The notes: generated by a model from the letters alone, not told the origin. Counted from the first letter of the stretch, positions 41,438-52,524 are shown. The stretch: 64,000 bases of DNA from an uncultured Puniceicoccaceae bacterium (GCA_905479975.1 CAJQOS010000025.1:25-64024), one strand, 5' to 3'. A program made the numbers and translations.

Positions 41438-41594
41438 TAAGGTTCATCGGTCCGAAGAACTCACAGTGCTACGAACAACACGTTTTAAAGGAACCAACAC
41501 CAGAACCGCAGGTCTCGAGTGCGTGAACGCGTTCAATTTATTAAAATTCTGAATTTATTTTGGAACCTTTTAAATGAGGCGCGTTCTAAACCAG

Positions 41595-41680
41595 CATAGG
41601 TTGGTTTTTTTCATTAAGTTAGTTAGGGTTAGTAAGTAGGCTCGGCTCCTTTCATTAGGGGTCGAGCCTCAACTTTTTTA
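41595..41680 (+). ncRNA. Candidate small RNA or stand-alone terminator hairpin
   Basis: G/T-rich run GTTAGTTAGGGTTAGTAAGT, then a 13-bp stem AGGCTCGGCTCCT-ttcatt-AGGGGTCGAGCCT and a T-tract, about 200 nt after the xseA stop. Confidence 0.35.
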
Positions 41681-41816
41681 AGACAAAGTGGCTACGACCA
41701 CGTTCCCCCGCTGATTCACGGAAGATCGTAAAGAATCTCCTAAAAAATCAGGCGCTCAAAAAAACGATGTAAATTCAGTTTACCTAGTAAAAACGAGCCG
41801 CTAACGTCCCCCGCTT

Positions 41817-42701
41817 ATGACTGAAGAATCCGGGGAGCCCAAACCGAACAAATTGAAACTATCTAGCTTGAGAAATCAGCCGGACAAGCAACAAAGTGCT
41901 CTCGAACCGAAAGATAGCACACCCGTATCCTCGACGGTAGCACCAAAAACAGATTCCAAAGTAACTCTAAGAACTGCCAGCACACAAGCGACACCGACGC
42001 CCATTGCGGCCAAACCTGTAGCCGAGCCGACTCCGCCACCACAGGCAAAGCAGCCAGCCCCCAAGGCGACACCGCCACCACTGGTAAGAAAATCGCCTCT
42101 CAGCATCAGCAACAGTGCGCCCACATCGGCAGAACAACCAGCCAGCCCCATCCCGTCGCCGCCGCCCAAAGACGATCCACTCGGCAGCATTATGATCGTT
42201 GCCGCCCTACTCTTGATACTAGCCGCAGCAGCAGGCGGCATCTGGTATCTCTTCCAAAGCGATCAATCCGAACCCACCGAAGAAGCGGCTCCACAAGAGG
42301 CCTCCCCGGCCAATCCTATCGAACGCACCAAAGCCGTGATCGACAAAGTGTCGGATCGCACCCTCGACCCAGTGCTCGAGCCTCAGTCAGCTCCACCCCC
42401 CGAAGCCACTGCCGCACTGGAAACTCCACCCCCCGAAGCCACTGCCGCACTGGAAACTCCTGAGCCTGCCGCAGGTGCAGCCCCGACCAGAGATCTCAAA
42501 GAAACCGTCTCACAATACCTCCAACACGCCCATATCGAAGGCGTCCGAACCGGCGCACGCGCACGCATCAGGCTCAATGGCGAGAATTACAATATAAATG
42601 ACACTGTCGATGCCACCACAGGGTTAATATTCATCGGCACACGCGACCAAAAACTACGATTTAAAGACAGCAACGGAATTGTATATCATAAAAGCTTCTG
42701 A
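41817..42701 (+). CDS. Pro-rich single-TM protein with a small C-terminal beta domain (GspB-like architecture)
   Basis: Low-complexity P/A/T region, TM IMIVAALLLILAAAAGGIWYLF, C-terminal HIEGVRTG...RIRLNGENY. Confidence 0.7.
   Translation: MTEESGEPKPNKLKLSSLRNQPDKQQSALEPKDSTPVSSTVAPKTDSKVTLRTASTQATPTPIAAKPVAEPTPPPQAKQPAPKATPPPLVRKSPLSISNSAPTSAEQPASPIPSPPPKDDPLGSIMIVAALLLILAAAAGGIWYLFQSDQSEPTEEAAPQEASPANPIERTKAVIDKVSDRTLDPVLEPQSAPPPEATAALETPPPEATAALETPEPAAGAAPTRDLKETVSQYLQHAHIEGVRTGARARIRLNGENYNINDTVDATTGLIFIGTRDQKLRFKDSNGIVYHKSF
42391..42460 (+). repeat. Perfect 33-bp tandem duplication (PPPEATAALET x2)
   Basis: CTCCACCCCCCGAAGCCACTGCCGCACTGGAAA at 42391-42423 and 42424-42456, followed by CTCC. 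Confidence 0.95.
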
Positions 42702-42740
42702 TTGCACTCTGCTCAAAATTCATTTCTTATGCCTACAAAT

Positions 42741-43133
42741 ATGAAAGCGAAAGCAACAATCCTCTCTCTTCTAACACTCACAGTAGTCCTCTTTTCCGGC
42801 TGCACGACCCCTGTCGCAATCGATCCGATGACAGGGCAACAGCAGACTGCGAAATACCAAAGCGGCTACTTTTACGCACCAATTGCTGCTGATACAAACG
42901 ACGTCTTCATGACCGCGATCAGCGCAATTGATGACATGGGCCTCCTTCGCACAGGCGAACTTCACAAAAAGAACTACATCAAGATCTACGCTCGTCAAGT
43001 CGGCGACAAAGAAGTGGTCGTGCGGATCAAGCAAATCGCAGCAGGCGAATCTGAAATCCGCATTCGTGTCGGCAATTTGGGCGACCTCCCACAATCGCAA
43101 ATCATCTACGCGAAAATTCGCGATGCGATGTAA
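42741..43133 (+). CDS. DUF3568-like lipoprotein
   Basis: Lipobox LFSGC; C-terminal EIRIRVGNLGD...S..I motif. The start may be 42729. Confidence 0.7.
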   Translation: MKAKATILSLLTLTVVLFSGCTTPVAIDPMTGQQQTAKYQSGYFYAPIAADTNDVFMTAISAIDDMGLLRTGELHKKNYIKIYARQVGDKEVVVRIKQIAAGESEIRIRVGNLGDLPQSQIIYAKIRDAM

Positions 43134-43153
43134 TTGACCGCCAAAACCTCCCC

Positions 43154-43187
43154 AAACCGCCTTTCCACTTGGATCGGCGGTTTTTTT
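43154..43187 (+). terminator. Intrinsic terminator
   Basis: AAACCGCC...GGCGGTTTTTTT after the lipoprotein gene. Confidence 0.75.
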
Positions 43188-43236
43188 ATGTTTTTATTCA
43201 ACGTCTCCGAAATCAAATCCCACACACTATTCTAAT

Positions 43237-44223
43237 ATGAATGCTCCATTTACCATTATAGGCGTCGGCAGCCCCATCGTCGATGCAATCGCCCAAGTCG
43301 AAAACAGCTTCATCAAACAAATCGATGGCGATAAAGGCGGCATGGTGCTCGTCGATGCCACAGGGATTCACACACTCCTCGAAGCACTCCCCGATCAACC
43401 GCTGAAAGCTCCCGGCGGCTCAGCAGGCAACACCCTCTTTACGCTCGCACGCATGGGCAACCAAACCAGCTTTCTGGGCAAAACAGGCAACTGCTCCGAA
43501 GGTAAATTCTATCGCGATCAATTCGCCCAACTCGGCGGCGACTGCTCGCGCTTCAAAATCGGCGATGTGCCCAACGGTCAATGCGTCTCACTCGTCACTC
43601 CCGATGGCGAACGCACCATGCGCACCAATCTCGGTGCTGCGATGACGCTCGCCCCCGAAGAAATCTCTGCCGCCGACTTTGCTGGCTGCAACCACGCACA
43701 CATCGAAGGCTACCTGCTCTTTAATGAAGCGCTCATGATGCGCGTGCTCGAATCCGCCAAAGAAGCGGGCTGCACCATCAGCCTCGACCTTGCCTCTTTC
43801 GAAGTGGTGAATGCCACGATTGCAATCCTTCCAGACATTCTGAGGGACTACGTCGATATCGTCTTTGCCAATGAAGAAGAAGCAGCAGCCTTCACCGGCA
43901 TCAAAGACGACACCCCGGCAATGGCCAAAAAGCTCGCCGGATATTGCGATATCGCCGCCGTCAAAGTCGGCGCGCACGGCTCCTATATCGCCCACGCAGG
44001 CACGATCACCAAAATCGAGCCCATGCACGCCGCCAAAGTCATCGATACCACTGGCGCCGGCGATCTCTGGGCCGCTGGATTCCTACATGGTTGGTCGCAA
44101 CAGCAGTCGCTCTACAAAGCCGCAAAGGCGGGCTCCATTCTCGGTGCCGCAGTCGTGCAAGTCCAAGGCAGCGTGCTACCGCCGCATGTCTGGGACGATG
44201 TCATGAGCGCAATTCAAGCGTAG
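43237..44223 (+). CDS. PfkB family (adenosine kinase-like) sugar/nucleoside kinase
   Basis: [37 protein letters not shown]. Confidence 0.93.
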   Translation: MNAPFTIIGVGSPIVDAIAQVENSFIKQIDGDKGGMVLVDATGIHTLLEALPDQPLKAPGGSAGNTLFTLARMGNQTSFLGKTGNCSEGKFYRDQFAQLGGDCSRFKIGDVPNGQCVSLVTPDGERTMRTNLGAAMTLAPEEISAADFAGCNHAHIEGYLLFNEALMMRVLESAKEAGCTISLDLASFEVVNATIAILPDILRDYVDIVFANEEEAAAFTGIKDDTPAMAKKLAGYCDIAAVKVGAHGSYIAHAGTITKIEPMHAAKVIDTTGAGDLWAAGFLHGWSQQQSLYKAAKAGSILGAAVVQVQGSVLPPHVWDDVMSAIQA

Positions 44224-44262
44224 CCTATCTCAAATTCCACTTCTCAAGTTTCAGCTCTCCGA

Positions 44263-45534
44263 ATGGACACCGATCAAATCACCACTCTCATCGAAGACAT
44301 TGCCAAGCGCGCACGCGCCGCATCGCTCGACCTCGCCACACTCTCTACCGAAGCGAAAAACCGTTTCCTTGAGCGACTCGCACAACAGCTAGTCGAGCAA
44401 ACCGATGCGATCATCGAGGCCAATGCACTCGATCTGGAAGCCGCCAAAGCAATGGAGCTATCCGGCCCCATGCTGGAGCGCCTCAGCTTAACAGCCGAGC
44501 GTATCGCTGCCATGGCCGAAGGCGTGCAACAAGTCGCCACACTGCCCGATCCCGTCGGTGCAGAGATCGAGCGCCTCTCCCCCCCAAAAGGCTTTGACCT
44601 ACGCAAGATCCGCGTGCCCATGGGCGTGATCGGCATCATTTACGAGTCGCGTCCCAACGTTACGGTCGACTGCGCGATCCTGTGCCTCAAATCCGGCAAC
44701 GCCTCGATCCTACGCGGCGGCAAGGAAGCCTTTCACAGTAACATGAAATTGGCCGAGATCATTCGCGCCGCGCTCAACGCATCCGGGATCAACGAAGACG
44801 CGGTGCAAGTCATCCCCACAACTGATCGGTGGGCGCTCAGTGTCTTGCTCAAACAAGACGACACCATTCACTGCATCATTCCACGCGGCGGCGAAAGCCT
44901 CATCCGCTTCACTGTGGAGAATAGCCGCATCCCAGTGATCAAGCACTACACTGGTGTGTGCTCGATCTACGTCGATGCCGCCGCAGATCCTGAAAAAGCC
45001 GAATCCATTTTAATCAACGCCAAGTGCCAGCGTCCCAGCGTCTGCAACGCAGCCGAAAATCTGATCGTGCATCAAGACGCCACGGCACAGCTACCGCGCC
45101 TCGCCAAAGCCCTGCACGACAATGGCGTCGAACTACGCGTAGAGGAAAAGGCCAAAGCCATCCTATCTGGCACCGGACTGCCGCTCGTGGATGCCACAGC
45201 CGAAGACTTTGCAACCGAATATACCGATCTGATCATTTCGATCGCAGTCGTAGCCGATACCAAGGATGCCGTCGAGTTGATCAACAACAACGGCTCAGGC
45301 CATAGCGACGCGATCATCACTGAAGATGCCGACGCCGCTCGTTTGTTCCTAGCCGGTGTGGATGCCTCCACTGTGTATCACAACGCCTCCACCCGTTTCA
45401 CCGATGGCTTCGAATTCGGCCTAGGCGCCGAAATCGGTATTTCAACCGATCGTTTACACGCCCGCGGCCCAATGGGTCTCAACGAGCTCTGCACGTATAA
45501 GTATGTGATCCACGGCAACGGTGAAATTCGGTAG
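44263..45534 (+). CDS. proA: Gamma-glutamyl phosphate reductase
   Basis: [54 protein letters not shown]. Confidence 0.97.
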   Translation: MDTDQITTLIEDIAKRARAASLDLATLSTEAKNRFLERLAQQLVEQTDAIIEANALDLEAAKAMELSGPMLERLSLTAERIAAMAEGVQQVATLPDPVGAEIERLSPPKGFDLRKIRVPMGVIGIIYESRPNVTVDCAILCLKSGNASILRGGKEAFHSNMKLAEIIRAALNASGINEDAVQVIPTTDRWALSVLLKQDDTIHCIIPRGGESLIRFTVENSRIPVIKHYTGVCSIYVDAAADPEKAESILINAKCQRPSVCNAAENLIVHQDATAQLPRLAKALHDNGVELRVEEKAKAILSGTGLPLVDATAEDFATEYTDLIISIAVVADTKDAVELINNNGSGHSDAIITEDADAARLFLAGVDASTVYHNASTRFTDGFEFGLGAEIGISTDRLHARGPMGLNELCTYKYVIHGNGEIR

Positions 45535-45568
45535 GACAGTTTCTTAAAAGTGATACAGGCCCCCACTC

Positions 45569-46402
45569 TCACTCCGTGCGCAGCACGGCGTTCAATTCCG
45601 CACAAAACGCCTCCGTGCCAGCGAGATACGGGCAAAAGTCCGCCTGCGGATGAAAGCATTTCAACGGAAATGGGCTCTCCTCTAAAAACTCAAAGCTCAC
45701 ACCTGCCCCAGCACACAGCGCATAGGCCGCGGCGATGTCCCAGACCTTTACCCTAAAGTCCACCACGCCCGTCAAATACCCCGTTGCCACATACGCGGCA
45801 CTCAACGCCCCACTGCCGAGACAGCGCACACGGTATTTCTCCAACAGTGATTTCAGCCGATCCAGCAAGTCACCATCCATAGGAAAATGTAGCCCCAACA
45901 TGGTTTGCGCATCTGCTGCCATGCGGTCGCGATTCACCTTCTTTTGATTGCGCAGCACCCCAAACCCTGCGCCGCCTTCAAGTAGCGCCTGCGTGCTATA
46001 ATCATAGACGAAACCATAGACCGGCACGCCCTGGTGCAACAGCGCCAGCGAGATCGCGCAGACCGGAAAGCCCAGCGCAAAATTATTGGTGCCGTCAACC
46101 GGGTCGATCACCCACGCGAAATCCGCCTCCAAATCCAGGACTTCGTCCAACGGGCTCGCCTCTTCACTGCAATAGTCATCCTGCGCGAAATCACGCCGCA
46201 ACGCCGCAAACAAATTTTCAGAGATCGCAAAATCCGCAAACGTCACCCGCGTGTCGTCCTCCTTCCACTCACTGGCGACCTGCCCGAACTGACGACCGAA
46301 AAACGCCATCTGCTCCTTCACCGCAACGCGCCCCGCATTGATACGATGCCGCAACTGCACATCAAATTGCGCCTGAGCCTGCCGGTTAAGTGATTTCTTC
46401 AT
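45569..46402 (-). CDS. Inositol monophosphatase family protein
   Basis: VTFAD, SEE, WVIDPVDGTNNF, GSGALS, WDIAA. Confidence 0.9.
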   Translation of the reverse strand: MKKSLNRQAQAQFDVQLRHRINAGRVAVKEQMAFFGRQFGQVASEWKEDDTRVTFADFAISENLFAALRRDFAQDDYCSEEASPLDEVLDLEADFAWVIDPVDGTNNFALGFPVCAISLALLHQGVPVYGFVYDYSTQALLEGGAGFGVLRNQKKVNRDRMAADAQTMLGLHFPMDGDLLDRLKSLLEKYRVRCLGSGALSAAYVATGYLTGVVDFRVKVWDIAAAYALCAGAGVSFEFLEESPFPLKCFHPQADFCPYLAGTEAFCAELNAVLRTE

Positions 46403-46470
46403 ATCCAATAGCAATCAGTCTGCGCCGCCTGAACGACAAGCGCAAACCGCGGGATCATTTTAGAGAACAC

Positions 46471-47841
46471 CTACGGACGCCCGCGCCCGAATCCACGAAA
46501 CGGACGGCCAGCGCGCTTCTGCTTGGCCGCTCTGCCACCTTCTGCACCTTTCTTTGATTTCGGCTTTTCTTCGCGGCCCTTAGGCGCACGCTTCGCTGCC
46601 GAACGCACACCTCGTGCTGGACGTCGCTCTCCCGGAACCTCTGGCAGCGCGATACCTTCGCGGTGCAGCGCTTCAATCGCTTCATCGTGAAAGTCGTGCT
46701 CCCTAATGGTCGGAATCGTTTGCTTAATGAGGCGTTCTATCCCCTTAAAACGAGACACATCCTGCTCAATCTCTGAGCAAAAACTAAGCGAACGGCCACT
46801 CTCCCCCGCACGCGCTGTGCGGCCGATACGGTGCACATAATTCTCCGAATCCATCGGCAGATCATAATTAATCACCAGCCCAATGTTCTTCACATCGATG
46901 CCACGCGCTGCCACATCCGTCGCAACCAGCACTGGCGTTTCGCCAAGTTTAAAGCGTCGTAGCGCATCTTCACGCGCCGCCTGCGTGCGGTCGCCATGAA
47001 TCGTATCCGAGCGAATCCCGTCGCGATTCAAATGCGTCGCAATCAATCGCGCGTCACGCTTCGTGCGTGTAAAAATCAGGCACAGCTCTTCTTTCTTTTC
47101 GAAATACTGACTATGCAAGAGATCCAACAACAACGCGGGTTTATCACGAAGCCGCACAAACAGCACCGACTGATCAATCTTCTCCGCCGTCGTGCCCTCC
47201 GGATCGATACGAATGCGCTCGGGATCGTTTAACAAGCCCTCAGCCAATTTACCAACTCCCTTTGCCATCGTTGCAGAAAACAACAAGGTCTGCCGTTCCT
47301 TCGGGGTATCGCTCACGATCTCACGCAGGTCATCGATAAAACCCATCGCCAACATACGATCCGCCTCATCCAGCACCAAGCACTCCACGCCACTTAAATT
47401 CGCGTGCCCTTGCTTCATCAAATCCAGTAAGCGCCCAGTCGTCGCCACCAAGATATCCAAGCCAAAATACAGCTCCTTCGTCTGTGGCGTCTGCGACACA
47501 CCCCCATAGATCATCGCGATCTTCAGGTCCAAATGCTTGCCATACGTGCGAAAACTCTCCGTCACCTGCACCGCCAACTCACGCGTCGGCACCAAAATCA
47601 AATTACGCACCCCCCGTCGAAACGGCTTACGCCCCTGCGTCGCAATACGATTCAACATCGGCAGCGCAAAAGCCGCCGTCTTCCCCGTCCCTGTCTGCGC
47701 GCAGGCCAACAGATCACGCCCCTCCAGCAGCAAAGGAATCGCCAGCGCCTGGATAGGCGACGGCTCGGTATATTCCTGCTCCTCCAATGCACGCTGGATC
47801 GGTTCAATTAAGGGCAGGTCTTTAAAATGTGTTTTGCTCAT
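46471..47841 (-). CDS. DEAD-box RNA helicase (RhlE-like)
   Basis: Q-motif, AQTGTGKT, PTRELA, LDEADRML, FSAT, ATDVAARGID, HRIGRTARAG; basic tail. Confidence 0.96.
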   Translation of the reverse strand: MSKTHFKDLPLIEPIQRALEEQEYTEPSPIQALAIPLLLEGRDLLACAQTGTGKTAAFALPMLNRIATQGRKPFRRGVRNLILVPTRELAVQVTESFRTYGKHLDLKIAMIYGGVSQTPQTKELYFGLDILVATTGRLLDLMKQGHANLSGVECLVLDEADRMLAMGFIDDLREIVSDTPKERQTLLFSATMAKGVGKLAEGLLNDPERIRIDPEGTTAEKIDQSVLFVRLRDKPALLLDLLHSQYFEKKEELCLIFTRTKRDARLIATHLNRDGIRSDTIHGDRTQAAREDALRRFKLGETPVLVATDVAARGIDVKNIGLVINYDLPMDSENYVHRIGRTARAGESGRSLSFCSEIEQDVSRFKGIERLIKQTIPTIREHDFHDEAIEALHREGIALPEVPGERRPARGVRSAAKRAPKGREEKPKSKKGAEGGRAAKQKRAGRPFRGFGRGRP

Positions 47842-47939
47842 AGCTTAGGTGAATCCAAGCGACCGTATGCAAAAAGCGCTCCGTATCGACAAGAAAGCAC
47901 CGCAACTGGTTGATTGCGAAGCAATCCAGGTCTGGACAC

Positions 47940-47972
47940 AAAAAAGCCCTGACTCGTTTGAGACAGGGCTTT
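47940..47972 (-). terminator. Intrinsic terminator after tRNA-Phe
   Basis: AAAGCCCTG...CAGGGCTTT stem; the A-run at 47940-47945 gives a U-tract on the minus strand. Confidence 0.8.
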
Positions 47973-47976
47973 CTTC

Positions 47977-48055
<79 letters not shown>

Positions 48056-48073
48056 TCACTTGAGAAAGGCGGC

Positions 48074-48102
48074 ATTAAGTGAGTCGGCTTGGCACTCGTC
48101 AA
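48074..48102 (-). promoter_or_regulatory. Possible sigma70 promoter for tRNA-Phe
   Basis: TTGACG-N17-CTTAAT on the minus strand just upstream of the tRNA; the -10 box is imperfect. Confidence 0.35.
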
Positions 48103-48257
48103 CCGGTTTTTTACATTTTTTGAAAAAACTGCATTTTCCCTTAAAAACAGCTGTTTCAAGGAAAATTCAAACAAGTGTTTGTCTTTCTCAAAATTGCTCA
48201 CCTAATACATCGACAGTGCCACCAACTACGGCACCACGACTGAAACACTGCAGCATC

Positions 48258-49397
48258 ATGGTAAAAAAAATAATCTTCGCACTTTGCATCTTTGCAGGCC
48301 TCGCACTGGCCTTGCTGTTCATACTCGGCACGAAGAAAGATTCCTTCGACGCAATGGCGGAAGCTGGCAAGCTGATGGGGCCGATGCCTGAGAGCGTTGC
48401 GACCTTCACTGCAGAGCGCCAGTCTTGGATTGATAGCGTGCAAGCGATTGGCTCGATCGACCCCGTGCAAGGGGTGCGCCTGGATGCAGAAGTCGCGGGT
48501 GTCGTGAGTGCCCTCAATTTCAAAAACGGCCAAGACGTCGAAGCAGGCGATGTTCTTGTCCAACTCGACATCACCGTCGAAGCAGCACTGCTCAACTCGA
48601 ATAAGGCCTCGGCAAACCTGGCCAAAATCGAACTCGACCGAGCGAAACGTCTGCGCGGCACAGATTCGATCGCCCAATCGCAACTGGATCGCGCCCAAGC
48701 CGATTTCGACAAAGCCACCGCGCAGATGCAAAATCTCGAAGCCATCATTGAGCGCAAAACCATCCGCGCTCCTTTCAGCGGCCGCACGGGCATCCGCCAA
48801 ATCAACCTCGGCCAATACCTGTCACAAGGTGCCCCGATCGTCACACTACAATCTTACGATCAAGTCTTCGTTAACTTCACTCTGCCCCAGCAAGCCATCG
48901 CACGAATCAAAACCGGCATGCAGGTCACCTTGCAAAGCGACGTCTATCCCGACCTGCTCTTCGAAGGCGTCCTCACCGCAATCAGTCCGCAGATCGACCC
49001 GACCACACGCACCGTAAAGCTCCAAGGCACTCTGGAAAATGCGGACGAACTCCTCCGCCCAGGACTCTTCGTAAAAGTCACCGTCACACTGCCAAAGAAA
49101 AACGACGTGCTCGTCGTGCCCGCGACTTCCATTGTATATGCGCCCTACGGAAACTCGATTTTCAAGGTCGTCGCTGAAACCGACGAGGCGACCGGCGCTG
49201 CGACCACGATAGTCAAGCAGTCCTTCATTCGAACTGGCAAGCATATGGGCGATTTCGTCAGCGTCATCGAAGGCATTGAAGAAGGCGACGAGGTCGTCTC
49301 CGCCGGCGCATTCAAATTGCGCAACGGCATGCCAGTCACGATTCACAATGAAATGGCTCCTAAACCGGAACTCGCCCCCAATCCGAAGAACTCCTAA
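48258..49397 (+). CDS. RND efflux periplasmic adaptor (MexH/MexV-like)
   Basis: ATG at 48258; GSIDPVQGV, GQDVEAGDVLVQLD, IRAPFSGRTG, IDPTTRT, LRPGLFV. Confidence 0.93.
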   Translation: MVKKIIFALCIFAGLALALLFILGTKKDSFDAMAEAGKLMGPMPESVATFTAERQSWIDSVQAIGSIDPVQGVRLDAEVAGVVSALNFKNGQDVEAGDVLVQLDITVEAALLNSNKASANLAKIELDRAKRLRGTDSIAQSQLDRAQADFDKATAQMQNLEAIIERKTIRAPFSGRTGIRQINLGQYLSQGAPIVTLQSYDQVFVNFTLPQQAIARIKTGMQVTLQSDVYPDLLFEGVLTAISPQIDPTTRTVKLQGTLENADELLRPGLFVKVTVTLPKKNDVLVVPATSIVYAPYGNSIFKVVAETDEATGAATTIVKQSFIRTGKHMGDFVSVIEGIEEGDEVVSAGAFKLRNGMPVTIHNEMAPKPELAPNPKNS

Positions 49398-49437
49398 TCG
49401 GCTGCGTTGATCCGGCTTAAACAGAGACCACTCTAGA

Positions 49438-52400
49438 ATGAAGACTGCCTTTACCGATATATTCATCAAGCGTCCCGTGCTGGCGATCGTCGTCAGCATG
49501 GTGATTGTGATCGCGGGCTTACAGGCGATCTCCTCGCTCACCGTGCGCCAATACCCGCGCAACGAGAACGCCAAAGTCACGGTCACCACGATCTATACGG
49601 GCGCCGATGCCGACCTTGTGCGTGGCTTCATCACCACACCGATTGAGCGCGCCGTCGCCTCTGCAGATGGGATCAACTACATCGCCTCGCAAAGTGCACT
49701 CGGCATGTCCACCATCACGGTGCGACTGGAGCTCAACTACGACTCCACCAAAGCACTCGCCGAGATCAGCTCAAAGGTGGACCAAGTTCGCGGCGACCTA
49801 CCACCCGAGTCCGAAGTCCCCATCATTACAGTGGAGTCCGCCGAGAGCGAACGCGCCTCAGCTTACCTCTCATTCTCCTCCGACATTCTTGAGGCCAACG
49901 AAATCACCGACTATCTAGTCCGCGTCATTCAACCGCGCCTCACTTCTATTAAAGGCGTGCAAGAAGCCGAAATCCTCGGCGGCCGCACCTTTGCCATGCG
50001 CATCTGGCTCGAACCCGCACGCATGGCCGCGCTGGGCATCTACCCCGCACAAGTCCGCGAAGCCCTCGCCTCCAATAACTATCTCTCCGCAGTCGGCCAG
50101 ACCAAAGGCAACCTAGTCACGGTGAACCTCACCACCAATACCGACCTCAATACCGTCGAAGAGTTTGAGCAACTCGCGATCCTCAATCAGGGCGACACCA
50201 TCGTGCGCATCAAAGACATCGCCACGGTCGAACTCGGCGGCGATGACTACAGCTCCGAGGTGCGCTTCTCTGGTAAAAAGGCCGTCTTCGTGGGCATGCA
50301 TGTGCTGCCCAACGCCAACACCGTCGATGTGATCAAATCCGTGCGTGCAGAGCTCGACCTGATCAAGGGCGAACTCCCCGAAGGCATCGAGGCCGACATC
50401 GGCTACGACTCCACTATTTACATTGAAGAATCGATCATTGAGGTGGTGAAGACTCTCTCGGAAACCCTGATCATCGTGATGGTAGTCATCTTCCTGTTCA
50501 TGGGTCGCATCCGCACCGTGCTCGTGCCGATTATTACGATCCCGACCTCACTGATCGGCGCAGTCTTCCTCATGCAGCTGTTCGGATTTTCGATCAACTT
50601 GCTCACCCTCCTCGCCGTCGTGCTCTCAGTCGGCATCGTGGTGGACGACGCGATCATAGTGGTGGAAAATATTGAGCGCCACCTCGAAGCGGGCATGAAG
50701 CCGATCGAATCCGCCCTGCTTGGAGTGCGCGAACTCATCGGACCAGTCATCGCCACCACCCTCGTGCTGATCGCAGTCTATTTACCCATCGCCTTCCAAG
50801 GCGGCCTCACCGGTTCACTCTTCCGCGAATTCGCCCTCACGCTCTGCGGCGCGGTTATTATATCCACCATCGTGGCACTCACGCTCAGTCCGATGATTTC
50901 TTCGAAGCTACTGAGCAGCGGCGAACACACAGGCCTCGCACTGATCATTAACAACGGCTTCGACCGACTCAGAAAATCCTACGGCGGCATCCTCCGCACT
51001 GCACTACAGACCCGTTGGGTCATCTACATCTGCTGGATCATTCTCACCCTGATGTGCGTGCCGATGTTTGTGCTCTCGCCCAAAGAGCTCGCTCCGACTG
51101 AGGATCAAGGCGTGATATTCGGCATCGTCGATGCACCCGCCAACTATGCAATCGAGGAGACCTCACGCTTCACCGAAAAAGCCAACGATGTGTTTTTCAG
51201 TTTCCCAGAAACTGCTTACAGCTTTCAGCTCACCTTCCCCAACGGCGGATTCAGCGGCATGATCCTCAGCCCATGGAGCGAACGCGAACGCACCGTCTTT
51301 GACATCCTCCCCGAAGCACAGATGGGCCTCGGCGCAATTCCCGGCGTGCGACTGTTCCCCGTCACACCTGCAGCACTACCAGGTGGCAGCGACTTCCCGA
51401 TCGACTTCATCATCGCATCCACTGCTGAGCCCGCAGAAATCCTCAAATTCGTTGAGCAAATCCACGCCAAAGCACTCGAAAGCGGTCGCTTCGCCTTCCC
51501 TCCAATCATCGACACCAAGATCGACCAGCCACAGACCAAATTCGTGATCGACCATGATATGGTCAGCTCACTCGGGCTTGATCAACGTGCCATCGGTGCC
51601 GACCTCGGCTCACTCGTCGGCGGCGGTTACGTCAACCGCTTCAACATCGATGGACGCAGCTATAAAGTGATCCCGCAAATTCGACGCGCCGGTCGCCTCA
51701 ATGCAGATCAACTACAAGACATCTACATCAAAGGCCCCGAAGACAAACTCATCCAACTAAGCACCGTCGCCACACTCGAAGACAGCGTGCAACCACGCTC
51801 GCTCAATCGCTTCCAGCAATTCAACGCCGTTAAAATGAGCGGTGTTTACATGGGTCCACTCGACGAAGGCCTCAAGTTCCTCGAAGACGCCGCCGCAGAG
51901 ATCCTACCCGATGGCTACCGGATCGATTACGACGGCGAATCACGCCAACTACGCACCGAAGGCAACAAATTCCTGCCCGCCTTCTGCCTCGCGCTCGTGC
52001 TCATCTTTATGGCACTCGCCGCACAATTTAATAGCTTCCGCGACCCATTTATCATTCTGCTCGGCTCCGTGCCACTTGCGATGTTTGGCGCTTTGATCTT
52101 CACCTTCCTAAAGATGATGAGCCCCAACGTGCCATTCTTCACCGATGGTTGGACCACCACGCTCAACATTTACTCACAGGTCGGACTCGTCACACTCGTC
52201 GGCCTCGTCGCGAAGAACGGCATCTTGATTGTAGAATTTGCCAACGAACTACAGCGCGAAGGTAAAACGAAACTAGACGCGATTCAGGAAGCCAGCGAAG
52301 TGCGCCTGCGCCCGATTTTGATGACCACCGTCGCCACGGTGGCAGGTCACTTCCCACTGACGATGGTCACCGGAGCCGGCGCGGAAGCACGTAACTCGAT

Positions 52401-52524
52401 CGGTCTCGTGCTGGTCGGCGGCATGACAATCGGCACGCTCTTTACATTACTCTTCCTTCCGTCGATCTACATGCTCATCGCCAAAGATCGAAAGAGTGGA
52501 GCGACGGGGATCGAGATCGCGTAA
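49438..52524 (+). CDS. RND efflux permease (MexI/MexW-like, AcrB superfamily)
   Basis: FIKRPVLA, RQYP, GIVVDDAIIVVENI, KNGILIVEFA, RLRPILMT; 1028 aa. Confidence 0.96.
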   Translation: MKTAFTDIFIKRPVLAIVVSMVIVIAGLQAISSLTVRQYPRNENAKVTVTTIYTGADADLVRGFITTPIERAVASADGINYIASQSALGMSTITVRLELNYDSTKALAEISSKVDQVRGDLPPESEVPIITVESAESERASAYLSFSSDILEANEITDYLVRVIQPRLTSIKGVQEAEILGGRTFAMRIWLEPARMAALGIYPAQVREALASNNYLSAVGQTKGNLVTVNLTTNTDLNTVEEFEQLAILNQGDTIVRIKDIATVELGGDDYSSEVRFSGKKAVFVGMHVLPNANTVDVIKSVRAELDLIKGELPEGIEADIGYDSTIYIEESIIEVVKTLSETLIIVMVVIFLFMGRIRTVLVPIITIPTSLIGAVFLMQLFGFSINLLTLLAVVLSVGIVVDDAIIVVENIERHLEAGMKPIESALLGVRELIGPVIATTLVLIAVYLPIAFQGGLTGSLFREFALTLCGAVIISTIVALTLSPMISSKLLSSGEHTGLALIINNGFDRLRKSYGGILRTALQTRWVIYICWIILTLMCVPMFVLSPKELAPTEDQGVIFGIVDAPANYAIEETSRFTEKANDVFFSFPETAYSFQLTFPNGGFSGMILSPWSERERTVFDILPEAQMGLGAIPGVRLFPVTPAALPGGSDFPIDFIIASTAEPAEILKFVEQIHAKALESGRFAFPPIIDTKIDQPQTKFVIDHDMVSSLGLDQRAIGADLGSLVGGGYVNRFNIDGRSYKVIPQIRRAGRLNADQLQDIYIKGPEDKLIQLSTVATLEDSVQPRSLNRFQQFNAVKMSGVYMGPLDEGLKFLEDAAAEILPDGYRIDYDGESRQLRTEGNKFLPAFCLALVLIFMALAAQFNSFRDPFIILLGSVPLAMFGALIFTFLKMMSPNVPFFTDGWTTTLNIYSQVGLVTLVGLVAKNGILIVEFANELQREGKTKLDAIQEASEVRLRPILMTTVATVAGHFPLTMVTGAGAEARNSIGLVLVGGMTIGTLFTLLFLPSIYMLIAKDRKSGATGIEIA

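Noticed and set aside
48060-48257. Extended N-termini in the ORF track (also purD, rfbG, SAF oxidoreductase, VTT, xseA, PP2C, glnII)
   Set aside because: The extensions overlap neighbouring genes or promoters; downstream ATGs match the family N-termini and were used instead.
48258-52524. RND pair without an outer-membrane factor
   Set aside because: This is common; TolC-like channels are often encoded elsewhere.
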